A DNA stretch of 63,121 nucleotides, counting the filler, from Chiloscyllium plagiosum (Eukaryota): assembly GCF_004010195.1 (NCBI RefSeq). It is 4 parts of one record of this genome, joined end to end, with 100 filler letters (N's around TTAATTAATTAA, not from the genome) between each part and the next. Parts side by side here need not be neighbours in the genome. Positions count along the whole stretch, not along the records: positions 42,923 to 55,280 come from NC_057710.1; positions 55,381 to 63,121 come from NC_057710.1; 2 more parts are not named here. One strand, given 5' to 3'. The notes under the pieces were generated by a model that saw only the letters and a list, made by a program, of their open reading frames with translations, was not told where the DNA came from and did not search any database. The position numbers and the translations under genes were made by a program. Of this stretch, positions 51,690 through 63,121 are shown piece by piece (positions within the stretch are counted from its first letter, which is position 1; each line of letters opens with the position of its first letter).

Positions 51690-52815
51690 ACTTAAAATGA
51701 GTTTTATGGTAGATACCAAGGGCTGAAAAGAGCAGAAATGCTGAAGGATTTAAAATTATGCAGAGGCAAACTTAAAGAGGAAATTAAGAGAGTAAAAAAG
51801 GGGAGAGCATGAAAGGATAATGTAGGTTAAATTAAGGAAAATCCTAAGTTATTTATAAGTGCAAAAAGGATAAATGGAAAACTAGGGAAAGAGTAGGCCA
51901 CTAAGAGTAATTTGTGTACAAAGCTAGAGTACATAGGTATGGCTGTGAATGAATGCTTTTTCATCAGTGTTTACTCTTAAGAGAAACATTGTCAATATAG
52001 AAATCAGGGAGAAGTTCTGTGAATGAATTGAAGAGTTTAGCAGGGGCATGGAGGAGGCCCTGAGAGGGCTGGCAGGCTTAAAAGTGGATAAGTATCCAGG
52101 ACCAGACGAAATGTATCCCAGGCTATTTACTGAGGCAAATGAGGAACTAACAGGTGCATAATTTTCAATTCCTCTCTGGCCACAGGAGAAGTGCCAGAGG
52201 ACTGGAGGACAGCCAAAGTGGTACCATTATTCAAGAAAGGAGCAAGGAATAAATCAGAAACTACATGCCAGTCAGTGTAACCTCAGTGGTGGGGAAACAA
52301 TTAAAAACAATTCTGAAGGACAGAATTAATTTGCACATGGAGAGACAGGGAGTAGTCAAGAACAGTCAGCATGGTTTTGTTCAGGGAAAGTTATATCTCC
52401 CTCCATATTTTTGAAAGAGATGACCAGGTGCATTGATAAGGACAATACATTTGATGTAGTCTGCTTGGATCTTTGTTAAGGTCCCACATGGGAGACTGAT
52501 AGTGAAGGTAGACACCAATGGGATCCAATGAAAATTGTTAAATGAGATCAAGGATTCGCAGAGTGGCAGGAAACTGATGGTGGAGGGTTTTTTAAATAAC
52601 TGGAAGCCTGTGTCTGGTGGGGTCACACAGGGATCAGTGTTCGGCCCTGGTTGTCGGTGATATATAAAAATGAATTAGACTTGAATGTAGGAGCGTTGAT
52701 CAGTAAATTTGAGGATGATATGAAAATTAGTAGGGTGGTAAGGAGAAGAGCCTTAGATTACAGGAGGAGATAGATTAGCTGATCAGTGGCAAGTGGAATT
52801 TAATCCAGACAAGTT
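51690..52815 (+). mobile_element. Decayed CR1 ORF2 fragment
   Basis: gtgccagaggactggaggacagcc (VPEDWRTA); cagcatggttttgt; cagggatcagtgttcgg. Confidence 0.8.
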
Positions 52816-54857
52816 TGACTTGAAATGGACTTCAGCAAAGTGGCAGAAATATTAATAGCTGGAGGTTTTGACCCCAATTAATGATATTTGAAAGGCCTTA
52901 TCCTGGGTGACAGATGTCCACCCAAGCCTCCATTCCCTTATCCCTCACAACGCAGTCGGGTTATTAGGAAGGGCAATGGTGCCATTTTAGCAATGGGAAT
53001 AATTTGGTGCCTTTTCAGCCAATTTCTCCATTTGCAGAATCCCAGAACCTTAAGAGACAAAAGAAGATCATTCTGTTTATTGTGCCCATAGTGGCATTTT
53101 AAAGCGACCACCAAACTAAACAAAACCATAGTTTTATTTTCCCCTAACGGCCTATAAATGAATCATTGATACCCTCTTGAAGAGTTAATTGACGTGCATT
53201 GCCCAGAATTGTACACAATCCTCCAGCTGATGCTTAACTAGTGACTTGTCAAACTATTCCGTAGAGAATGAATATATTGCTTACTTTGGTTTCTGTCACT
53301 TGCTGACTCATCTCTCATTGGCTGATAAACACTCTGGAGATAGATTCAATGGTAATGTTCATGAGAGAATTGACAAATGCTTGGAGGAAAGAAAAGGCAA
53401 GGCCATCGGGAAATAGCTGAAGGGGTGGATAGTTCTACGATAAAGCTAGAATGGTTACTAAGGGTCAAATGCTAGTACTGTATAATTCTATGGCAATGAT
53501 TAGGAAGTACCTGCTGGTGCACAAGCTGTGTATCAGTTGATTGTAATTGCACCTATGAGCCAAGGATTTATGTGTTCATTAAGTTCCGTTATAGAAGTTT
53601 AGGACAAAACTATGTTAACATTGCAGTGCGGTATTGAGGGAGTGCTGCACTGTTGGAAATGTTGTCTTCTCGATGAGGAAATAAAATGTGAAGGGCTATC
53701 GATAATTCCTAGGTCAGGGTCATAGACACCCAGCCCAGTTTGTTTCAGGCTACAGCAATTTAGCAAGAGGTAGCAACACACAGCAAACATGAGTGGAAAT
53801 TAAAGTTCATCAAGGAAGCACTTCCATAGAGTTTAGAATTTGGTTTGCACGCTGTTTTGCCAACTGAGTCCATTTGACTTCTCCAGCTGCCATTTTGCAC
53901 ATCTGGATGTTAGGCTATATTTGAAACTTTATTTTTTTAATGGAGGGCAGGGAAAAGACATCTGCAAATAGGCCAAAAGACTGCATCCAGTAAACAAAGT
54001 CCAACTTTCATTCAACCCATGAATCTTTCTGACTGAAATTGAATTGTGTCTGTTGCATTGTAATTAACAATGCGAGTCTGTTCCGTTCTAATTGAAAATG
54101 TGAGGCTGCTTGGAAAATGTAATTAGAGAAGACCTCCTACTGTAACTATCAATACAAATCTGCTTGACTGTAATCATTCTGCTTGTGAGCTGAGAGTACG
54201 CGTAGACTGAGTCAGGCTGACCATAGACGATGAATTCAGAATAATTCTGAATCAATTGCACCATCAGTTTTGATTGAGGTTGATAATCTGTTGCCTGACG
54301 GAATCAGAGACATAAACATCATTCCAGGAAGCTTGCATTTAACTCAAATGATAATTGCATTCAAACATGGCTTAGCACAAATAATAAATCCAGTGAAGTA
54401 GTTGAGCTTACTGATACAAATATCTTTCCACAAATAACTTAGCTTAAGACCTTGGGGACAATGCAGTCTCACCAACACTCGAGTTGGTTCCGAAAGAGTT
54501 TGATCAACAGTGACAAACCTGCTAAGTAGTGGACTGCTCTCTCTCCTCTCCACGCCATAACCATTATATGTTTTGGGATGCATTCAACAGACAAGCAGAT
54601 CAGCAGAGTAGACCAAAACTGCACAGCCCAGTATTTTCTTAGAGTGGCAAATGCCCATTTCAGGAACTTTGCAGAAACATCCCAGTTACAACAATTTGTG
54701 TACAACATTGAACTTGAATTAACCCTCCCACAGCAGTACAGAGGGAGAAATTTACTCTCAGTTGTATTAAATCAAGACCCCATTTGTTCTTAAATATTGA
54801 TAGAAAAGAATCTCATTGCAAGATTTTGAAGGAAAGTTGAGGGGTTCTGTCCAATAT

Positions 54858-55280
54858 CAATAGACAATAGACAATAGACAATAGGTGCAGGAATAGGCCA
54901 TTCTGCCCTTCGATCCTGCACCACCACTCAATATGATCATGGCTGATCATTCCTAATCAGTATCCTGTTCCTGCTTTATCTCCATAACTCTTGATTCCAC
55001 AATCCTTGAGAGCTCTATCCAACTCTTTCTTAAATCAATCCAGAGACTGGGCCTCCACTGCCCTCTGGGGCAGACCATTCCACACAGCCACCACTCTCTG
55101 GGTGTAGAAGTTTCTCCTCATCTCTGTCCTAAATGGTCTACCCCATATTTTTAAGCTGTGTCCTCTGGTTCAGCACTCACCCATCAGCGGAAACATGTTT
55201 CCTGCCTCCAGAGGGTCCAATCCTTTAATAATCTTATATGTCTCAATCAGATCCCCTCACAGTCTTCTAAACTCAAGGGT
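54858..55280 (-). mobile_element. (CTATTGT)n-tail CR1 3' end
   Basis: Near-identical reverse complement of 4358-4767. Confidence 0.92.
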
Positions 55281-55380
55281 NNNNNNNNNNNNNNNNNNNN
55301 NNNNNNNNNNNNNNNNNNNNNNNNTTAATTAATTAANNNNNNNNNNNNNNNNNNNNNNNNNNNNNNNNNNNNNNNNNNNN
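55281..55380. other. Assembly gap with TTAATTAATTAA linker
   Basis: 44N + 12 + 44N. Confidence 0.97.
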
Positions 55381-55848
55381 GGAGGGATGTGGAGGCACTG
55401 GAACGGGTGCAGAGGAGGTTTACCAGGATGTTCCCTGGTATGGTAGGAAGGTCGTATGAGGAAAGGCTGAGGCACTTGGGGTTGTTTTCAATGGTGTAAA
55501 GAAGGTTTAGGGGTGACTTGATGATTAGGGGTTTAGATAGGGTTGACCGTGAGAACCTTTTTCCACGTATGGAGTCAGCTATTACGAGGGGGCATAGCTT
55601 TAAATTAAGGGGGGGTAGATATAGGACTGAAGTTAGGGGTAGGTTCTTCACTCAGCGAGTCGTAAGTTCATGGAATGCCCTGCCAGCAGCAGTGATGGAC
55701 TCTCCCTCTTTATGGGCATTTAAGCGGGCATTGGATAGGTATATGGAGGATAGTGGGTTAGTATAGGTTAGGTGGGCTTGGATCGGCGCAACATCGAGGG
55801 CCAAAGGGCCTGTACTGCGCTGTATTCTTCTATGTTCTATGTTCTATG
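55381..55848 (+). mobile_element. (CTATGTT)n-tail CR1 3' end
   Basis: FFTQRVVSSWNALP; TTCTATGTTCTATGTTCTATG. Confidence 0.92.
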
Positions 55849-56789
55849 TAATCCAGAATCTGGTTTCCAGCATCTGCAGTCATTGTTTTTACCTACTAAT
55901 CTACTCTACAGACTACCAAAACACAAAGGTATAAGGAAGAAAACTCTCTATATATAAAACAAACACTGCGGTATAGTACATAACTAACAAAAAAAAGGAA
56001 AAGGTAAATAAATAACCATTCAAAATAAAATTATATCAAGTCATAACAAGACCCATATTGATATGGGATTCTTCCTCCCAGGGGCCCCTGAAATGACAAA
56101 CATCATCCTCACGGCTAAACAAAGGCCCTAGGCAGTATGGCTGATACATGTGCATCAATGTAGTTCAAGAAGGGCCACCATGTTCTATAAAGCAATTCCA
56201 TTTTTTGGTGCACCATATTCATAAGGAAGTCCAGGGGAGTATGTTCTATAACTGTCCTATGCCAATTCGAAAGTCCTGGGACATTTCCAATACCCCGTTT
56301 GCTATAAGGTTTCTCCTCGCACAAAAGGAGAGGAATAAAAACAGTTTCTTCCCATATGAAGGAAGATTTGGAAAGCCCAAAAGGAGAGATATCGGGTCCA
56401 GCCCAATCTCAGTTCCAAAAATCTTTGCCAAGGCATTCACTGTACTGTCACAATATCTATGAATTTTATGGCATGTCCACAAACAGTAAGTGAGAGTACC
56501 AACTTCTATTTTACATTTAGGGCACATTGGCGATACTCCTGCCTTAAACTTTGCAAGCCGCTCTGGTGCTATATGAGCCCTATGAAGTATCTTCAATTGA
56601 ATAGCTTGAGTCCTATTACAGACAGAGATCTTCCTGGCATTCTCCCAGATACCTTCCCACATCTCAAAGGAGATTCCACCCCTAATTCTTGAGTCCAGGT
56701 TTTATACAGCCGTTCCATGTCCTTCAGTACCTTATTACCTAGCGAGGAGGAGGTTCCAATCAATATTGGGAAAGTTAAAGTCACTCATT

Positions 56790-57525
56790 ACAACAACCCT
56801 ACTACGTCCACACTTTTACAAAATCTGCTTTCTTCCATCTCCCTGCTGCTATTGGGGGGCCTGTAGTAAACCCCTAACGAGGTGACTGCGCTCTTGCTGT
56901 TCCTAATTTCCACCCATACTGACTCAGTAGGCAGATCTTCCTTGACAATGGAAGCTTCTGTAGCTGTGATACCCTCTCTGATTAGTAGTGCTACACCCCC
57001 TCCTCTTTTTCCCCCCTCCCTATTCTTTTTAAATGCTCTAAACCCTGGAACATCCAGCAACCATTCCTGCCCCTGAGAAACCCATGTCTCTGTTATGGCC
57101 ACAACATCATAGCACCAGGTACTGATCCATGCTCTAAGTTCAAAACTTTTATTCCTGATACTCCTTGCGTTAAAGCAAACACACTTTAACTGATCCCTTG
57201 GTTCCTTCCCAGGAAAATCCTTCCCACTAGCTGGTCTACCTCTTGCTATTGCCTCATCTGCACCGACTCACCTCCGGTATACAGCTCAGGTTCCCACCCC
57301 CCTGCCATACTAGTTTAAACCCTCTCGAACTACTCGAGCAAACCTTCCACCCAGGACATTGGTCCCCTTCCAGTTCAGATGCAACCCGTCCTTCTTGTAC
57401 AGGTCCCACCTTCCCCAGAAGGCATCCCAATTATCTACATATCTGAAGCCCTCCCTCCTACGCCAGCTGCGCAGCCACGCGTTAAGCTGCGCCCGCTTCC
57501 TGTCCCTCGCCTCACTATCTCGTGA
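56790..57525 (-). mobile_element. Internal CR1 fragment: end of ORF1 SGNH-esterase and start of ORF2 APE
   Basis: LNAWLRSW..FRYVDNWDAFWGRWDLYKKDGLHLN..GLN*; AITETW..GGKRGGGVALL..GVYYRPPN. Confidence 0.9.
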
Positions 57526-58057
57526 CACTGACCGAAGTACTGACCGAAGGTACACCCATCAGCTGAAGCACTCTCCTTTCCATATCTGATTTGTAAGGAT
57601 TAGTCATCAATGTGGTCTTTTTTTGTACAAAGTCTAGTACTTGAAAAATCGAAAGAGATCCTTGCTCGGCAACCCAAACTTCTGACGCAACTGTTTGAAG
57701 GACATCATGACCTCCCCATCGAACATTTCTCCCAAGCAGGAGATTCCTTTGGACTCCCAAATTTTAAATCAAGCATCTGTCAAGCCTGGCTGAAATCCCA
57801 GCCTTCCCACTATAGGAGTAAAAGGGGAGGTTTTTTTGTAAATTACCCTCATCTTGTCCCAGCTTTGATTGTGTTTAGTACAATCGGGTTTTTACAATGA
57901 TCTGTGACAATTCTTACCTTATCCATAAATAATAGATTGAGGAGGGGGCTTTTTGCTTGGGAAGCCTTGATATCCAGCTAAATTAATTTTAGATCACAAG
58001 AGACTCAATCAGCCACATATGGTAGTAGGGAACTCAGTTGGTACTTCCTAAAAGACA

Positions 58058-58237
58058 GGAGAATCGACGTTTCGGGCATAAGCCCTTCTTCAGGAAGGGC
58101 TTCAGGAAGATTCCTGAAGAAGGGCTTATGCCCGAAACGTCGATTCTCCTGTTCCTTGGATGCTGCCTGACCTGCTGCGCTTTTCCAGCAACACATTTTC
58201 AGCTCTGATCTCCAGCGTCTGCAGTCCTCACTTTCTC
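58058..58237 (+). mobile_element. 180 bp palindromic double-hammerhead PLE mini-insertion with a 14 bp TSD
   Basis: Perfect 42 bp inverted repeat at 58055-58096 / 58111-58152. TSD CTTCC[T/G]AAAAGACA at 58044-58057 and 58238-58251. Confidence 0.85.
58108..58147 (+). ncRNA. Minimal type I hammerhead ribozyme motif (mirror copy on the minus strand at ~58061-58096)
   Basis: agauuc-CUGAAGA-a-GGGC uuau GCCC-GAAA-c-GUC-gauucu. Helix I pairs at 5 of 6 positions; predicted cleavage is after C58141. Confidence 0.7.
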
Positions 58238-58483
58238 CTTCCGAAAAGACAACCAATTTTAACTTAGGTACAGGAGCAAGTTTGTCCTTTCTTTTAGAAG
58301 ACCTCCTCGGGGAGATTACACACCATGTGTTTAAGAACCAGATTGCCTGAGAAGCTGCAGAAAGAGAGTAAGTGTTGAAATGTATCGCAGTGATGAAATA
58401 GGTTGTTAGGTGTGTGGGTGAGGGGGTAGGTTGGGGGGAGGTTACATGTGGATGAGAGTGTAGACTGGCAGGTGGGTGTAGGG

Positions 58484-59299
58484 TAAAAACAATGACTGCA
58501 GATGCTGGAAACCAGATTTTGGATTAGTGGTGCTGGAAGAACACAGCAGTTCAGGCAGCATCCGAGGAGCAGCAAAATCGATGTTTCGGGCAAAAGCCCT
58601 TCATCAGGAATAAAGGCAGCACCACCAGGGACACATTTCCCTCCCCACCTCTTTCCGCCTTCCACAAAGACCGTTCCCTCCGTGACTACCTGGTCAGGTC
58701 CACGCCCCCCTACAACCCACCCTCCCATCCTGGCACCTTCCCCTGCCACCGCAGGAATTGCAAAACCTGTGCCCATANNNNNNNNNNNNNNNNNNNNNNN
58801 NNNNNNNNNNNNNNNNNNNNNNNNNNNNNNNNNNNNNNNNNNNNNNNNNNNNNNNNNNNNNNNNNNNNNNNNNNNNNNNNNNNNNNNNNNNNNNNNNNNN
58901 NNNNNNNNNNNNNNNNNNNNNNNNNNNNNNNNNNNNNNNNNNNNNNNNNNNNNNNNNNNNNNNNNNNNNNNNNNNNNNNNNNNNNNNNNNNNNNNNNNNN
59001 NNNNNNNNNNNNNNNNNNTCCAGCTCAGCACTGTCCCCATGACTTGTCCTACCTGCCTATCTTCTTTTCCACCTATCCACTCCACCCTCTCCTCCCTGAC
59101 CTATCACCTTCATCCCCTCCCCCACTCACCTATTGTACTCTATGCTACTTTCTCCCCACCCCCACCCTCCTCTCACTTATCTCTCCACCCTTCAGACTCT
59201 CTGCCTTTATTCCTGATGAAGGGCTTTTGCCCGAAACGTTAATTTTGCTGCTCCTCGGATGCTGCCTGAACTGTGCTCTTCCAGCACCACTAATCCCAA
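58484..59299 (+). mobile_element. Penelope-like family A 3' fragment with inverted hammerhead termini and a perfect 14 bp TSD (gap at 58778-59018)
   Basis: AGGTGGGTGTAGGG at 58470-58483 and 59300-59313. Arms ~58521-58619 / 59201-59297. Internal GTFPCHRRNCKTCAH. Confidence 0.9.
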
Positions 59300-61879
59300 A
59301 GGTGGGTGTAGGGGTTGGGTACCAGGTTAATAAGGATGCCAGATGAGGTAACAGGGTGGCAGGTGGATAAGGGAACAGGGCACTTTTGCTTGCAGGTAGG
59401 CAAGCAGCTGGGGAGGGGGGTAGCGGCGCTGTAGGATGGCAGATAAATGAGTGCAGAGTGGATTGGGTCAGATGTTTCAGGTTCAAGAGCGAGAGATGTT
59501 GGGGGAGAGGGTCAACTGTCAGAAAATGACTGGTGTTGAGTATTGGAGAGCAGTCAGGTCTCAGGGGAGAGTCGGGTGTTGGAGATTCAGGTCAGTCAGT
59601 GGTGTGTCAGGTTGGAGAGGGATTGGTGGTTGACGTGATATTAGTGTGAGTTACTGAGAATCCAATGTGAGAGTTAGGGCAAGTCAGTTTTATAGTGACA
59701 CCAAAATTAGTTTTTTTTTATTCCTTGTGTTCCTTGCTGGATATTCAGGTAAATAAATCAAAACCACTCAAAATCTTGGATACTAACTCAAAGTTGGAAA
59801 TATTTTAAATTGTGCCAGATATAGGATAATTGCTTATTGAAACATTAAACTTCATCAGCAGTCGCTGTATAGTCAGTGTGTTGAGACTTCCAAGAATGAT
59901 GGAACTGTTCCTGAAAGGATACGTCTAGTCTCCATCCATCTGGAGTGTGGAAGATCAGGGCCAGCCTCGTGAGGCCACACTGAGGCCAATGTATCTATAC
60001 AGGCGGACAGTGTGATTAGTTTCTGTGAATGTGGGGCTCTAGAGTCCAAGTTATCCTCTGAGGGAGCTGTGGGGTTCACACCCAACTGTTCCTAATCTTT
60101 CAGCATTATACATTTGTGGGTGAGGAAACATCAGTTAATTTTGCTCAGTGGCTGTTTCATCACCATCTTGTCAACTGTTTAAGTAGCATCTAACAGAAAG
60201 AACTTTACAAAGGTTGAAGCTACTTCAAGGCACTTTCATAGAGTAATCAATTAACTTTAATTCTTTCTCTGCCATTGGCCGATTGCCTGCACTGTAGCCA
60301 GGACAAAGGCTTCCTCCTCCAATGAGTGCCAAGAGATTGAAGGTCTCTGAACAATTTCACTCCCTGCATTGTGTGATCATTTCTCTGTGATGTGAGTATG
60401 GACAGGTCAGCTATACTCAACATTCCCTCATTCGGATCCTGACCCACTATCCAAAGTGATGCTCCAGTCATTGCCTTTGGGCAGCACTTACATTAGAACT
60501 TTCCTCCTGAGGCTACATTACTTTGCTCATTTCCTCCACATGTGTAATTGTTAATGATCTCAATGGTGTACCTGCCTTGAGGCTTTCCTGTTCAGACATT
60601 TCAGTCTCCATAACATAATTCTAACTGACAGCTGGGATTTATACGTCAGCTCACGGAACACTTCGTCACTATACCCAAGTCCTGCTGACAACACCATAAC
60701 TGCTGACCTCTCTGTACTGGTCTCCAGTACTTCCTTTCTTTGTCTGATTGACCTCTTCCTGCCACTTAGCAGAAACAAAATATTTCTCTTGGCTCAAATG
60801 GCCTTTGTCCTCACATCGAAAGAGACATCAGTGTATCGTGGTTTCCCCTCCAAGGATAGACTGTCACGTCACTGCTATGTCACACTGCTTCCTCCGGCCT
60901 CATTCTCTTTGCTTGCATTTTAAACCCAGATGGGTGCTCTTGAATTGACCTGAATTCCCAGTGGGTGATTAAACTTCATTTTAACTTGATAATATTTATA
61001 TTGTCTCTGCCATAATAGCTAACAAGGTCAAGGGAGCTATTTTGATACTAGCACGTTTAATGAGATCATGCAGAAATCATTCCAAAAGGCAAGTCTGAGC
61101 TCATATTAGTGAACTTATAACTATTTACATTGTGTCTAAGTGGATAGGAGACAACATTCCTAGAAATAGCACTCTCAATCTGAATTCCAAGTGTGCCTCA
61201 ATATCATCATTGATGACGTATCCTATTCATTGACTTGACCTTTTCCTTATAAAACTTGACCAAAGAAGACATTTGAATTATTTAATAACCATGTGCATGA
61301 CTCAAATTACTGTATTAAGGTAGTAACCATTCATCAAATAGATGATTAAATACGCAATGAGCCTTAATTAAGTTATAATGAACAAATAAATAACCATATT
61401 AGAAAGATGAGCTTTATATCTAAATTGATGTTAAACTATTATCAATTTATGGTTGAATAGGCAGTTTCAGATAATCGGTTTTAGGAATGAAGTCTTTTGA
61501 GTCCTAATAAAGATCAAAGTGAGGGGTGTGGTGGGATACAACGTAACCTTGCGCTTCTGTTGAACATTTGTTTCAGTGTGGAATAACTCATGTTGCACTC
61601 TCATCTTTGATACTGAGGCTAGGTAACCACTGTGATCAATCAAATTAACTTAGCAACAGCAAAAACCAATTATTCAATCAGAAAGAGCCTGAAATTGATG
61701 TAGAGTGTATGTCACTCATGATTAAATGGTAGGACTCCATAATAATTCATTGCTAGCCCAGCACAGAAAATTTGCACAGCTGGAACCAAGCCTAACATCT
61801 ACCCAAGTGATTCTGATATGGAGTTTTGAAAGTGTCAAGTTTCAATGGGCAGATGACCTGGATTAAATTGTAAAAGTTT

Positions 61880-62560
61880 TTTTTTATTATTCATGCAGAG
61901 GTCAAAAACTTTATTGGTTGGAATAATGTTTATTACCCATCCCTAATTGCATTTCAAGAAGCTACCTTCATGAACTGTTACAGTCCATGACCCACAATGC
62001 TGTTGGGGAGGCAACTCCAGGATTTTGTCCCAGTGACGTGAATAAATGGAAATATATTTCCCAGTCAGGATGGTGAATGGCTTGGAGGGGAACTTGCAGG
62101 TGGTGGTGTTTCCAGGTAACTGCTGCCCTTGTCCTTCTAGTTGGTCATGGATTTGGAGAGTGTGTCTAAGGATCATTGGTGAACTTCTACAGTACATCTT
62201 GTAGATAGTACATGCTATTTTACTGTGCATCAGCGGTGGAGTGAGTGGATGTTTGTGAATTTGGTGCCGATCAAGCGAGCTGTTTTGTCCATTGCTTTGG
62301 CATCAAGATTTTTGTATGTTGTTGAAGCTTCCTTCATCCAGGCAATTACAAGGTGTATTCCAGTATTTGTGCCTTGTGGATAGGGGATAGGATTTGGAGA
62401 GACAGGAGGGGGTTACTTGCTGCAGGATTCCTAGCTTGTAACATGCTCTTGTAGACACATTATTAATATCACAAGACCTGTTCAGTTTCTGGTCAATGGT
62501 AACCACAGAATGTTGATATAGGGGGATTCAGCGATAGCAGTACCATTGAATGTCAATGAT
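61880..62560 (-). mobile_element. Old LINE 3' fragment (family of 27880-28300)
   Basis: ccaggattttgtcccagtgac..atatatttcccagtcaggatgg; reverse frame VTIDQKLN. Confidence 0.6.
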
Positions 62561-62589
62561 CAATATCAGACAGCAGCCTAATACCATCT

Positions 62590-62845
62590 TCCTCACTAAA
62601 AAAACACCCCAATCTTTAGTGTCATCTGCAAAGTCACTAATTATACCTTCTACTTTCAAATTCAAGTCATTAGTGTACACAACAAACAGCAAGGATCCCA
62701 GTACCAATTCCCGTGCACACCCTGTGTCACAGGTTTCCAGTTATGGTGATTACCCCTCCCCCCAACCCCGCCAGTACTTTTTGCCTCCCATTTGTGAGTC
62801 AATTTTGGATCCAGTTTGCCAATATGCCCTGGATCCCATGAGCTC
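62590..62845 (-). mobile_element. Decayed CR1 RT fragment
   Basis: The reverse reads tttgcagatgacactaag (FADDTK). Confidence 0.7.
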
Positions 62846-62851
62846 TTTAGG

Positions 62852-63121
62852 ATTATCGGCGCCGCCTCGTGCTCCCACGAGGAGGTGGAACAGTTCATCC
62901 ACTTCACCAACACCTTCCACCCCGACCTCAAATTCCCTGGGACAGTCCCAGATTCCTTCCTCCCCTTCCTCGACCTTTCTATTTCCATCTCAGGCGACCG
63001 AATCAACACGGACATCTACTACAAACCAACCGACTCCCACAGCTACCTGGACTACACCACCTCCCATCCTGCCCCCTGTAAAAACACCATCCCATTCTCC
63101 CAATTCCTTCGACCCCGCCGC
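62852..63121 (+). mobile_element. Penelope-like family A RT C-terminal region (open frame to the window end)
   Basis: Manual translation: IIGAASCSHEEVEQFIHFTNTFHPDLKF..LPFLDLSISISGDRINTDIYYKPTDSHSYLDYTTSHP..IPFSQFLR. Confidence 0.92.

Larger units (their letters stand above)
55900..58290 (-). mobile_element. L1-clade LINE ORF2 C-terminus and 3' UTR, interrupted by CR1 and PLE insertions
   Basis: WEGIWEN..QLKILHRAH..P.RL..CPKCKIEVGTLTYCLWTC resembles the Cys-rich C-terminal domain of fish-type L1. Confidence 0.75.

Noticed and set aside
54470..54620. Minus-strand donor TTG|GTGAGA with open frames
   Set aside because: There is no convincing acceptor or recognisable peptide.
60298..60397. AG..GTGAGT-bounded candidate exon
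   Set aside because: It has stop codons in all three frames.

Overview
This is repeat-dominated, non-coding eukaryotic DNA. HE1-type V-SINEs and HER1/CR1 LINE tails point to an elasmobranch (shark or ray) genome; this rests on recognising the repeat families, not on a database search. I found no intact protein-coding gene. Every recognisable ORF is a decayed retroelement fragment: many CR1 copies with at least four different 3' tail microsatellites, two Penelope-like (PLE) families, one Rex/Babar LINE and one L1-like LINE. The window also holds several SINE families, two tandem-repeat tracts and five assembly gaps, three of which carry an artificial TTAATTAATTAA linker. The most interesting signal is a dense set of PLE-terminus insertions, 60 bp to 2 kb long. 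Many carry a minimal hammerhead-ribozyme motif (CTGA[T/A]GA..stem II..GAAAC[G/A]T[C/T]), several are built as fold-back palindromes, and eight have readable 10-17 bp target-site duplications (TSDs). Hammerheads in PLEs are already known. The very short TSD-flanked and palindromic double-hammerhead units, and two HE1 insertions at nearly the same site in this terminus, deserve follow-up. Boundaries of old repeats are approximate.
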